From Bacillota bacterium (GTDB lineage Bacteria; Bacillota; Dethiobacteria; DTU022): a DNA stretch of 24,000 nt. Positions 8,549 to 16,892 of the stretch are shown here, one piece after another. The notes under the pieces were generated by a model, which was not told the DNA's origin, did not search any database, and saw only the letters and a list, made by a program, of their open reading frames with translations. Location of the stretch: assembly GCA_018400435.1 (NCBI GenBank), contig JAGYMW010000016.1, positions 13,347 to 37,346 on the forward strand, read 5' to 3'. Made by a program: the position numbers and the translations under genes. Within the stretch, counting starts at the first letter, position 1. Each line of letters starts with the position of its first letter.

Positions 8549-9898
8549 TTAAAAGGGAAATCCCCCTTTTATATTTTTCAGCTTTTTGAAAGCCTTCTTT
8601 TGGTCCTGTGAACCCATCTTTTTGATCATCTTTTGCATCTGGGAAAACTGATTCAACAGCCTGTTTACATCCTGGACTGTTGTCCCGCTGCCTTCGGCGA
8701 TACGACGACGGCGGCTGCTGTTTAAAATAGAGGGATCTTCTCGTTCAGCACAGGTCATTGAACCAATGATCGCTTCAACCCGCTTAAAACTATTTTCATT
8801 TAGCGAAAGCTGTTTCATTTCCCGCGGGATATTTGCTGCCCCCGGCAGCATGTTAAGAATCTCTTCCATGGAGCCCATATTCTTAATCTGGCCCAGTTGA
8901 TCGCGAAAATCATCGAGGGTAAACTGGCGACGGCGGAGTTTTTCTTCCATCTCTTTCGCCCTGGCCTGATCGAATGTTGCTTCCGCTTTTTCAATCAGGG
9001 AGAGGACATCGCCCATGCCCAAAATACGGGAGGACATCCGGTCCGGATAAAAAGGCTCCAGAGCATCAACTTTCTCCCCTACACCAACGAACTTAATGGG
9101 ACACCCGGTCACAGCGCGGACGGACAAAGCAGCCCCTCCTCGTGTGTCGCCGTCGAGCTTGGTTAGAATAATCCCGCTCAGTTTTATTTTCTCATTAAAG
9201 GAAACAGCTGCGTTTACTGCATCCTGGCCGGTCATGGCATCAACCACCAGTAATATTTCATCCGGTTCGAGGACTTTTCTAATTGCTCTCAGCTCTTCCA
9301 TCATGTCATCATCGATATGCAAACGGCCTGCAGTATCAAAAATAACAGAATCAAAATCATCTTTTTCAGCCAGTTTTAAACCCTTGCGGCAGATTTCCAC
9401 CGGGTCAGCATCAGAATTACTGTAGCACTGGATACCGGACGACTGACTAAACATCTTGAGTTGCTCCACCGCCCCCGGCCGGTATATATCGGCAGCGACA
9501 AGCAGTGAGCGACGGCCATTATGCTTTAAATGAGCAGCCAGCTTAACGGCGGAAGTAGTCTTACCTGACCCCTGCAGACCGACCAGCATAACCTTCAGCG
9601 GTTTGCTTACACTCTCAATAAGGACACTCTGGTTTTCCCCCATTAGCCTGGTCATTTCTTCGTTGACAATTTTAACTACCTGTTGACCGGGAGTGAGGCT
9701 TTTGGTTACTTCCTGCCCCACCGCACGTTCTCTTATCGAGGCTATAAAATCTTTGACTACCTTGAAATTAACATCAGCTTCCAGAAGAGCCAATCTTATT
9801 TCCCGCATAGCCATATCAACGTCTGCTTCGCTTAATTTTCCCTTGCCTTTTAAGCGGCGCAATGTGTTCTGTAATTTTTCAGCCAAACTGGCAAACAT
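8549..9898 (-). CDS. ffh: Signal recognition particle protein Ffh (SRP54)
   Basis: The NG domain carries GLQGSGKTTSAVKLA (G1), DTAGR (G3) and TKLDGD (G4). A Met-rich M domain follows (MGSMEEILNMLPG). Confidence 0.95.
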   Translation of the reverse strand: MFASLAEKLQNTLRRLKGKGKLSEADVDMAMREIRLALLEADVNFKVVKDFIASIRERAVGQEVTKSLTPGQQVVKIVNEEMTRLMGENQSVLIESVSKPLKVMLVGLQGSGKTTSAVKLAAHLKHNGRRSLLVAADIYRPGAVEQLKMFSQSSGIQCYSNSDADPVEICRKGLKLAEKDDFDSVIFDTAGRLHIDDDMMEELRAIRKVLEPDEILLVVDAMTGQDAVNAAVSFNEKIKLSGIILTKLDGDTRGGAALSVRAVTGCPIKFVGVGEKVDALEPFYPDRMSSRILGMGDVLSLIEKAEATFDQARAKEMEEKLRRRQFTLDDFRDQLGQIKNMGSMEEILNMLPGAANIPREMKQLSLNENSFKRVEAIIGSMTCAEREDPSILNSSRRRRIAEGSGTTVQDVNRLLNQFSQMQKMIKKMGSQDQKKAFKKLKNIKGGFPF

Positions 9899-9913
9899 AA
9901 TTGCCTAACACTC

Positions 9914-10267
9914 CTATTTTTCGTTGCCCGACCGCAGGGCTGCGATAATTTCTCTTAAACGTTTTTGGTCTTTTTCACCAAAAGAATTGACGCTTCCTCT
10001 TAACAACTCATCAGCTTCATCCAAAAGCTTTTGTTGCTCTCTGAATAGTGCATATAGTCCAAGTTTCTCTTCGAGTTTTTCTACCGCTGACAGAGTTCTC
10101 TGAATGACATCATGAACGGCCTGCCTGCTTATCCTGTATTCGTCGGCAATTTCGGCCAATGAATAATTATCGCTGAAGTAGAGCTTCGTTATTTCCTGCT
10201 GACGCTCCGTCAGGAGAGAAACATAGATATCACAAAGTAAATTTATCCTGTGCAACCGATCCAGCAT
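9914..10267 (-). CDS. ylxM: YlxM-family putative HTH DNA-binding protein of the SRP operon
   Basis: 117 aa with a sigma-70 region-4-like HTH (LSLAEIADEYRISRQAVHDVIQR). It lies immediately upstream of ffh, as in Bacillus. Confidence 0.85.
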   Translation of the reverse strand: MLDRLHRINLLCDIYVSLLTERQQEITKLYFSDNYSLAEIADEYRISRQAVHDVIQRTLSAVEKLEEKLGLYALFREQQKLLDEADELLRGSVNSFGEKDQKRLREIIAALRSGNEK

Positions 10268-10303
10268 AACAACTCCTGTAAAGCATTAATCCTTTACAGA
10301 GGA

Positions 10304-10332
10304 AGTATAACAGAAACAAAAATATGTTGCAA
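10304..10332 (-). promoter_or_regulatory. Candidate sigma-A promoter of the ylxM-ffh operon
   Basis: On the minus strand: TTGCAA (10332-10327), a 17-nt spacer, then TATACT (10309-10304). It lies about 37 nt upstream of the ylxM ATG. Confidence 0.5.
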
Positions 10333-10552
10333 ACTTTTCTCGATAATTTTCTTTTTACTCAGCGATATTGTCATTTTAAGAATGTTCAGGGGAAAAGTCA
10401 CCATGAGAGAAGAAAAAACAGGCTTACCCAACGTTATCTGTATTTGCCCCTTTAGTTAAATCAAACAAACCTGAGTTACTCTTCTTTATTTTTTATGAAC
10501 ATTTTGATCGTCAAATCCTGGAGACTCTTTACAATTCTAATCTTGCATGGCG

Positions 10553-10586
10553 GTAATGTTCACCGCTTCAGGGCGGTGAACATTAC
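10553..10586 (-). terminator. Perfect 14-bp stem-loop downstream of the carboxyltransferase gene (putative operon 3' hairpin, no U-tract)
   Basis: GTAATGTTCACCGC (10553-10566) and GCGGTGAACATTAC (10573-10586) flank a 6-nt loop. It begins 26 nt after the stop at 10612. No T-run follows on either strand. Confidence 0.4.
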
Positions 10587-10611
10587 TGCTGAGCATTGAT
10601 AGGAAATTTTA

Positions 10612-12165
10612 TCAGAGTGGTATGTTGCCGTGTTTGCGCATCAATCGCTGTTCCCGCTTATTTTCCACCATTTCCAGACCCCGGATCAGATAAGTACGGG
10701 TATCGCGCGGATCGATAACCTCATCAATCCAGCCCCTGGCAGCAGCAATATAAGGATTGGCATAGCGCTCCCGGTAGCTGCTGACCAGCTCCTGTCTTTT
10801 TTCCTCTTTATTTTCAGTCTCTTCAATTTCACGGCGGTTGATAATATTGACCGCCCCTTCCGGTCCCATAACTGCAATTTCAGCCGTCGGCCAGGCCAGG
10901 CATATATCCGCACCGAGAGAACGCGAATCCATAGCAATATAAGCACCGCCGTAAGCCTTGCGCAGAATAACTGAAAGCTGGGGCACAGTTGCTTCCGAAT
11001 AAGTGTAAAGAACCTTGGCCCCGTGGCGGATAATCCCTCCCCATTCCTGCTCAACGCCGGGCAGATAGCCTGGGACATCGACAAAAGTGACCAGGGGGAT
11101 GTTAAAGCTGTCGCAAAACCGGACAAAGCGAGCAATCTTGTCAGAACAGTTAATATCGAGGCAGCCGGCCTTGACCTGGGGCTGATTGGCTACTATGCCT
11201 ACCGGACGGCCGCCCAGGCGGGCAAAACCAACTACAGCATTTTTGGCATAATCACGGTGGACCTCCAGCATTTCACTGCCGTCAACCACCCGCAGAATAA
11301 CATCTCTGACATCATATGAGCGGTTGGGATTCTCCGGCACTATGGTGATCAGTTCTTCCTGTTTCAGCTCCGGTTCACGAGGCTCCGCCACAGGCGGATC
11401 ATCAACGTTATTTGAAGGGAGATAGCTTAAAAGCGCTCTTATTTGATTGAAGCATTCTTCTTCATTTTCGGCAAAAAAGTGAGCTACTCCGCTGGTCTTG
11501 TTATGAGTAGTAGCGCCGCCGAGTTCTTCTGCACTGACGTTTTCACCGGTAACTGCCTTAATAACCTGCGGTCCGGTTATAAACATGTTGCCAATGCCGC
11601 TGACCATAAAAACAAAGTCGGTTATCGCCGGCGAATATACCGCTCCTCCCGCACAGGGTCCCATTATAATGGAAAGCTGGGGGATAACCCCTGAACAGAG
11701 CGTATTGCGGTAAAAGATCGAACCGTAGCCGTGAAGGGCAAAAACCCCCTCCTGGATACGCGCCCCACCGGAGTCATTCATTCCGATAACCGGAGTCCCA
11801 TTCTGTGCGGCCAGATCAAGAATACGGCATATTTTTTCCGCATGGACCTCGCTGAGGGAACCGCCGGCAACGGTAAAATCCTGGGCATAAACATAAATAC
11901 GACGGCCGTTAACTGTCCCGTAGCCTGTAACCACCCCTTCCCCCGGGTTGGCAAAATCGAGGCTGCTGGCATCTTCCAGGTTAGTCTGGGCAAAAGTACC
12001 AATCTCAACAAAGCTATGATCATCAAGTAATTTTTTCAGCCTCTCTCTTGCTGTCAGCTTGCCTTTTTCATGCTGGGCCGCTATCCGCGTATCACCCCCG
12101 CCTGCAATGGTCCGGCGCTGTCTTTCCTCAAGATGTTTTAGTTTATCCTTCAAAACGATCACCAC
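10612..12165 (-). CDS. Methylmalonyl-CoA carboxyltransferase (12S / MmdA / PccB-type carboxyltransferase subunit)
   Basis: About 515 aa. It carries carboxyltransferase family motifs: GKLTARERLKKLLDDHSFVEIG, MNDSGGARIQEG, GPCAGGAVYSPAITDF, and in the C-terminal half AYGGAYIAM. The start is GTG 12165 or TTG 12153; the latter follows the SD-like AGAAAGTGGTGATC. Confidence 0.9.
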   Translation of the reverse strand: MVIVLKDKLKHLEERQRRTIAGGGDTRIAAQHEKGKLTARERLKKLLDDHSFVEIGTFAQTNLEDASSLDFANPGEGVVTGYGTVNGRRIYVYAQDFTVAGGSLSEVHAEKICRILDLAAQNGTPVIGMNDSGGARIQEGVFALHGYGSIFYRNTLCSGVIPQLSIIMGPCAGGAVYSPAITDFVFMVSGIGNMFITGPQVIKAVTGENVSAEELGGATTHNKTSGVAHFFAENEEECFNQIRALLSYLPSNNVDDPPVAEPREPELKQEELITIVPENPNRSYDVRDVILRVVDGSEMLEVHRDYAKNAVVGFARLGGRPVGIVANQPQVKAGCLDINCSDKIARFVRFCDSFNIPLVTFVDVPGYLPGVEQEWGGIIRHGAKVLYTYSEATVPQLSVILRKAYGGAYIAMDSRSLGADICLAWPTAEIAVMGPEGAVNIINRREIEETENKEEKRQELVSSYRERYANPYIAAARGWIDEVIDPRDTRTYLIRGLEMVENKREQRLMRKHGNIPL

Positions 12166-12187
12166 TTTCTCTATTTTTGATCCTTAT

Positions 12188-12586
12188 TCAGTGCTGGCAT
12201 AATTCTATGAGGACCCCGCCGGTTGATTGGGGATGAATAAAAGCAATTTTTGCCCCCCCGGCTCCGTAACGGGGCTTTTCGTCGATCATTTCTATGCCCT
12301 TTTCTTTTAACTCCCTAATTTTTGCCTCAATATCGGAAACGCTAAGAGCGATATGGTGCACACCCTCACCCTTTTTGGCTATAAATCTGCCAATGGGCCC
12401 ATCCGGATCGGTAGTCTGGAGCAGCTCAATTTTACTCTCGCCGGCGGGGAAAAATGCCGTTCTGACTTTTTGTTCGGGCACTTCTTCTTCACCATTATAT
12501 TCGAACCCAAGGCTGTCCCGGAAAATACGGACCATTTTTTCAAGGTCTCTGACAGCAATGCCGATATGATCAACCTTTTCAAACAA
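12188..12586 (-). CDS. mce: Methylmalonyl-CoA epimerase (VOC/glyoxalase fold)
   Basis: 132 aa from TTG 12586, with AGGAGG 8 nt upstream. The N-terminus is (M)FEKVDHIGIAVRDL, with EGVHHIAL and the GGVLIEL metal-ligand pattern. The longer ORF-track version overlaps the upstream gene and lacks an SD. Confidence 0.85.
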   Translation of the reverse strand: MFEKVDHIGIAVRDLEKMVRIFRDSLGFEYNGEEEVPEQKVRTAFFPAGESKIELLQTTDPDGPIGRFIAKKGEGVHHIALSVSDIEAKIRELKEKGIEMIDEKPRYGAGGAKIAFIHPQSTGGVLIELCQH

Positions 12587-12602
12587 CCGGCTTTCCTCCT
12601 TT

Positions 12603-13007
12603 CTACTCGTGCCCGGCTGCCCTCTGCCGGATAAAATCGATAATCTCGGCAGTTGTAACACCGGGGGTAAATACTTCGGCCACACCCTGTTCCTTAAGGT
12701 AGGTTATATCTTCACGGGGAATAATTCCGCCGACAATGACTATTATATCACGGCTTTCCTGCTCGCGTAGCATTTCCAGCACCGGCGGCACCAGCTGCAT
12801 ATGGGCCCCCGAGAGAATGCTCAACCCTATTACCTGGACGTCTTCCTGGAGCGCCGCTTCCACAATTTGTTCCGGAGTTTGCCGCAAACCCGTATAGATC
12901 ACTTCCATTCCGGAATCACGGAGGGCCTGGGCAACAACTTTGGCTCCACGGTCATGTCCGTCCAGGCCTATTTTCCCCACAAGCACACGTACAGGCTTAA
13001 AAGCCAT
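12603..13007 (-). CDS. Methylmalonyl-CoA mutase, B12-binding small subunit/domain
   Basis: 134 aa from ATG 13007, with GGAGG 10 nt upstream. The cobalamin base-off/His-on motif DxHxxG appears as LDGHDRG (12945-12962), followed by SILSGAH and GGIIP. Confidence 0.9.
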   Translation of the reverse strand: MAFKPVRVLVGKIGLDGHDRGAKVVAQALRDSGMEVIYTGLRQTPEQIVEAALQEDVQVIGLSILSGAHMQLVPPVLEMLREQESRDIIVIVGGIIPREDITYLKEQGVAEVFTPGVTTAEIIDFIRQRAAGHE

Positions 13008-13057
13008 CTTTCTTCTACCTCCTTCTTCCATCCTTCCATGCAACTGAAGAGCGGTTA

Positions 13058-14731
13058 TTACAGAGTTATATGCTGCTTGTATTCGCCGAATACATCCCGC
13101 AGGACTCCACAAATTTCTCCCAGGGTAGCATAGTTTTTCACAGCAGTTAAAATATATGGCATCAGGTTCTCGTCGCCCCGGGCAGCACGTCGCAGTTCCT
13201 GCAATGCTTCGGCCACCTGTCCCTGATTGCGGCTCAGGCGGACTTCCTTGAGCCGTTCCACCTGGCGCTTGCTTACTGCCGGGTCCATCTTCAGAAGATC
13301 AATGGGTTGATCTCCACTCATGGTAAATTTATTAATCCCGACCACCACCCGGTCGCCGTTTTCAATCTCTTTCTGGTAGCGGTAAGCGCTGGCCTGAATT
13401 TCCTGCTGAATGAATCCCTTTTCAATAGCAACTACCGCCCCGCCAATTTCGTCTATTTTTTTGATATATCGAATAACTTCTTCTTCGATATGGTCCGTCA
13501 GCTTTTCAATGAAGTAAGAGCCGCCCAGGGGATCGACCGTATCGGTTACTCCGATTTCATAGCCGATTACCTGCTGGGTACGCAAGGCCAGCAGCACAGA
13601 ATGCTCGGAAGGCAGGGCCAGCGCTTCATCGCGCGAATTAGTATGCAAGGACTGAGTCCCGCCAAGGACGGCACTGAGAGCCTGGAAGGCCACCCGCATT
13701 AAATTGACATCAGGCTGTTGGGCAGTGAGAGTGCAACCGGCAGTTTGAGTGTGGAAACGCAACATCATGGAGCGATCTTTTTTAGCGCCAAAACGTTCTT
13801 TCATTAAACGAGCCCAGATCCTCCTTGTGGCCCGAAACTTGGCTATTTCTTCAAAAAAGTTGGAATGGGCGTTAAAAAAGAAGGAAAGCCGGGGCGCAAA
13901 TTGATCAATTTCCAGCCCGGCCTGCAGGGCCGCCTCCACGTAAGCAATGGCATTACTCAGAGTAAACGCAGCCTCCTGGATGGCGGTGGAACCGGCTTCC
14001 CTGATATGATAACCACTGATACTGATGGTGTTCCAGTTTGGAATATGCTTACCGGCGTAAGCAAATATATCCACAATGAGGCGCATTGATTCACGGGGCG
14101 GAAATATATAAGTGCCCCTGGCCACGTATTCTTTGAGAATGTCGTTCTGAATAGTTCCCTTGATTTTATCCATTGGTATACCCTGTTTTTCGGCCACCGC
14201 CATGTACATGGCCAGCAAAACCGCCGCCGGGCTGTTGATGGTCATCGAGGTGCTGACCCGGTCAAGAGGGATATGCTCAAGGAGTGTTTCCATGTCGGCA
14301 AGGGTATCAATAGCTACACCCACTTTCCCCACCTCACCCCGGGCCAGGGGGTGATCTGAATCGTAGCCGATCTGGGTGGGCAGATCGAAGGCAACGCTCA
14401 GTCCAGTCTGCCCCTGTTCAAGAAGATAACGGAATCTTTTGTTCGTTTCTTCGGCACTGCCAAAACCAGCATACTGGCGCATTGTCCAGAGACGCCCGCG
14501 GTACATGGTCGGCTGGATGCCCCTGGTAAAAGGATATTCACCGGGCCAGCCAAGCCGATCGGGATAAGCAAATTCTCCCATACTCAAAGGGTCGTAGATC
14601 CGTTCCACGGAAAGTCCGGTGTCAAACTTAAATTCACGCCGTTCGGGATGTTTTTCAAGGGCCTTTTCAAGTTTTTCCATCCATTCTTTCCTGGCCCGGA
14701 TAAGTTCATCTTTATTATTCTGCTCAGTCAA
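13058..14731 (-). CDS. Methylmalonyl-CoA mutase, catalytic (TIM-barrel) large subunit
   Basis: It has the mutase hallmarks [63 protein letters not shown] and RFHTQTAG. The start is uncertain: TTG 14731 follows GGAAGGAGG at 12 nt, while GTG 14785 has no SD. Confidence 0.9.
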   Translation of the reverse strand: MTEQNNKDELIRARKEWMEKLEKALEKHPERREFKFDTGLSVERIYDPLSMGEFAYPDRLGWPGEYPFTRGIQPTMYRGRLWTMRQYAGFGSAEETNKRFRYLLEQGQTGLSVAFDLPTQIGYDSDHPLARGEVGKVGVAIDTLADMETLLEHIPLDRVSTSMTINSPAAVLLAMYMAVAEKQGIPMDKIKGTIQNDILKEYVARGTYIFPPRESMRLIVDIFAYAGKHIPNWNTISISGYHIREAGSTAIQEAAFTLSNAIAYVEAALQAGLEIDQFAPRLSFFFNAHSNFFEEIAKFRATRRIWARLMKERFGAKKDRSMMLRFHTQTAGCTLTAQQPDVNLMRVAFQALSAVLGGTQSLHTNSRDEALALPSEHSVLLALRTQQVIGYEIGVTDTVDPLGGSYFIEKLTDHIEEEVIRYIKKIDEIGGAVVAIEKGFIQQEIQASAYRYQKEIENGDRVVVGINKFTMSGDQPIDLLKMDPAVSKRQVERLKEVRLSRNQGQVAEALQELRRAARGDENLMPYILTAVKNYATLGEICGVLRDVFGEYKQHITL

Positions 14732-14797
14732 TTTTCGCCGGAACCTCCTTCCACAGCTGCCCGCAGTCGCGGGTAGAAAAATCACGTTACTGACGAT

Positions 14798-15676
14798 TTA
14801 ACTGCTTTCGGAGAGCAGATCACCGATCATTTCCGGAATTTCAGCGGGCATTTCGGCTACTGCCACCCCGGCCTTTTGCAGGGCTTTAACCTTGCTATCA
14901 AAGGTTCCCCGACCTCTTTCTATAATGGCCCCGGCATGGCCCATCCTTTTACCCGGAGGGGCACTGCGACCGGCCAGATAAGCCACAACCGGTTTGCGCA
15001 TCGATGAAGAAACAAAGGCAGCTGCTTCTTCTTCGGCACTGCCACCGATTTCGCCCACCAGCATAACCGCTTTTGTATCATCGTCTTTAGCAAATTGTTT
15101 CAGCACGTCGATAAAATGGAGACCAACCACCCGGTCTCCGCCAAGACCGACTACAGTGGTTGTCCCAATCCGATTTTCTGTGAGGTGACCGACAATTTCA
15201 TAACAGAGGGTCCCGCTTCTTGATACCACTCCAACCGGACCGGGGATAAAGTAGCGGTTTGGCATAATCCCGATTTTACAGAGGCCGGAGGAAACAAGTC
15301 CGAAGGTGTTGGGCCCCACCACAGTAGCTCCCCTGGATTCGGCACAGGCCATAATTTCCACGGCATCGTGCAGAGGAATATGTTCGGTTATCAAAACCAG
15401 GATCCTGATCCCCGCATCAAGAGCCTCAAGAGCAGCGTCTTTGGCATAAGGAGCCGGGATAAAGAGGATGCTCGCATCGGCCGGTTCTTTCTCCATCGCT
15501 TCAAAAGCCGTATCAAATACGGGAATACCTTCAACAACCTGTCCACCTTTTCCGGGCGATACACCGCCGATTACTTTCGTCCCGTAGGCAAGCATCTGCC
15601 CTGTGTGAAATGAACCCTGGCGGCCGGTAATACCCTGGACCAAAACCCTGGTATCCTGATTTATATAAATGGCCAT
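14798..15676 (-). CDS. sucD: Succinyl-CoA synthetase subunit alpha
   Basis: It has the CoA-binding motif VLVQGITGRQGSFH, SRSGTL, and the phosphohistidine loop MGHAGAII. The start is ATG with an AAAGGAG SD. Confidence 0.95.
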   Translation of the reverse strand: MAIYINQDTRVLVQGITGRQGSFHTGQMLAYGTKVIGGVSPGKGGQVVEGIPVFDTAFEAMEKEPADASILFIPAPYAKDAALEALDAGIRILVLITEHIPLHDAVEIMACAESRGATVVGPNTFGLVSSGLCKIGIMPNRYFIPGPVGVVSRSGTLCYEIVGHLTENRIGTTTVVGLGGDRVVGLHFIDVLKQFAKDDDTKAVMLVGEIGGSAEEEAAAFVSSSMRKPVVAYLAGRSAPPGKRMGHAGAIIERGRGTFDSKVKALQKAGVAVAEMPAEIPEMIGDLLSESS

Positions 15677-15753
15677 TGTTTAAACTCCTTTCTTAAACAA
15701 ATATCGTTCAGCCGGGGATAAAGTGCCGCCGGCAAACCCGCGCCTCAGCTGAC

Positions 15754-16863
15754 TCATGAAGGACGATCCATTTCCACCGCATGGCGTACAGCTTCATCCA
15801 TGGTGGTAAAGCTTTTGATACCCACCTTCTGCAGGATAGCCCGCCCCTCCGCTTCATTTGTTCCCACCAGGCGGAAGGAGACAGGCAGGTCTATGCCCCG
15901 GGTCTCTTTTACGCGGGCGAAAGCCTCGGCCACCACATCGCAGCGGGTAATACCGCCGAAAATATTGATCAACAATACTCTCGGATTAGTCCCAAGAAGC
16001 AGCTCCAGGGCCTGGGCAGTTTTTTCTATATCCGCCCCCCCGCCAAAATCAAGAAAATTGGCCGGGGCGCCGCCGTAGTGCTGAACCATATCGAGAGTAG
16101 CCATTGTAATTCCGGCGCCGTTGGCCATTATCGCAATATCACCATCCAGTTCGACATAGGCCAGATCCAGTTCCTCGGCTTTGAGTTCAAGAACCGTTTT
16201 TTCCCTGATTACAGGAAGCTGCGGGTGGCGGTACAGAGCATCATCATCAATGGTTACCTTGGCATCGGCGGCGATAAACCCTTTTTGAGTTACCGCCAGA
16301 GGGTTTATCTCGATCAACTCGGCATCCACTTCCCGAAACAATCTGTAGAGCTTCGGTATTAAAGAGGCAAATTCTTTTCGCAATTCGCCTCCTACTCCCA
16401 GACGTCGACAAATTTCACGGACCATGTAATCCTGAAAACCGATGTATGGATCAACAGTCCACCTGATCATTCGTTCTTCAGGAACTTCTTCCACATCCAT
16501 GCCGCCGTCCAGCGAAACGAGAACGATGGGCCGGCGGGTTGTTCCATCGACTGTAATAGCAAGATAAAATTCCTGTTCAATATTCAGTTTTTCTTCAACT
16601 AACAGTTTTGATACCCCTGCGTCACCCAGATTCATCTGCAAAATTCGATCCGCTTCCCGGCGCGCTTCGCCGGGGTCGGCGGCAAAGGCAATAGCGCCGG
16701 CTTTACCCCTCTTCCCGGAGAGAACCTGCGCTTTAATTACTACCTCTCCCAGATCGGCGGCAGCCTCGGCTGCTTCTGCAGCATTTTCAGCCAGCTTTCC
16801 ATAGGGTATTGGAATGTCATAGCGGAAAAAAAGTTTTTTCCCTATATGCTCATAAAGTTTCAA
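15754..16863 (-). CDS. sucC: Succinyl-CoA synthetase subunit beta
   Basis: It has an ATP-grasp N-terminus (M)KLYEHIGKKLF..IPIPYG, VVIKAQVLSGKRGKAGAI, EINPL, and INIFGGITRCD. The start is TTG at 16863. Confidence 0.9.
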   Translation of the reverse strand: MKLYEHIGKKLFFRYDIPIPYGKLAENAAEAAEAAADLGEVVIKAQVLSGKRGKAGAIAFAADPGEARREADRILQMNLGDAGVSKLLVEEKLNIEQEFYLAITVDGTTRRPIVLVSLDGGMDVEEVPEERMIRWTVDPYIGFQDYMVREICRRLGVGGELRKEFASLIPKLYRLFREVDAELIEINPLAVTQKGFIAADAKVTIDDDALYRHPQLPVIREKTVLELKAEELDLAYVELDGDIAIMANGAGITMATLDMVQHYGGAPANFLDFGGGADIEKTAQALELLLGTNPRVLLINIFGGITRCDVVAEAFARVKETRGIDLPVSFRLVGTNEAEGRAILQKVGIKSFTTMDEAVRHAVEMDRPS

Positions 16864-16892
16864 ATTTATTCCCCCATTCTCCCGGTATATTT

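Noticed and set aside
10250-10459. A 69-aa plus-strand ORF in the ylxM upstream intergenic region.
   Set aside because: It starts inside ylxM on the opposite strand and has no SD. The sequence is Cys/Ile/Phe-rich and implausible. The region is better explained as the promoter and leader of ylxM.
12587-13112. N-terminal extensions of ORF-track entries 12188..12685, 12603..13112 and 20766..21548, which would make neighbouring genes overlap by 50-100 nt.
   Set aside because: Conserved family N-termini and good SDs sit at internal start codons (12586, 13007 and 21470). The extensions have no homology-like pattern.
15677-15753. A 77-nt GC-rich spacer between sucC and sucD, which are usually adjacent or overlapping, with a weak GCCGG..CCGGC stem.
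   Set aside because: The stem is only 5 bp with a 12-nt loop. sucD has its own good SD. The spacer is not far outside the range of other gaps in this operon.
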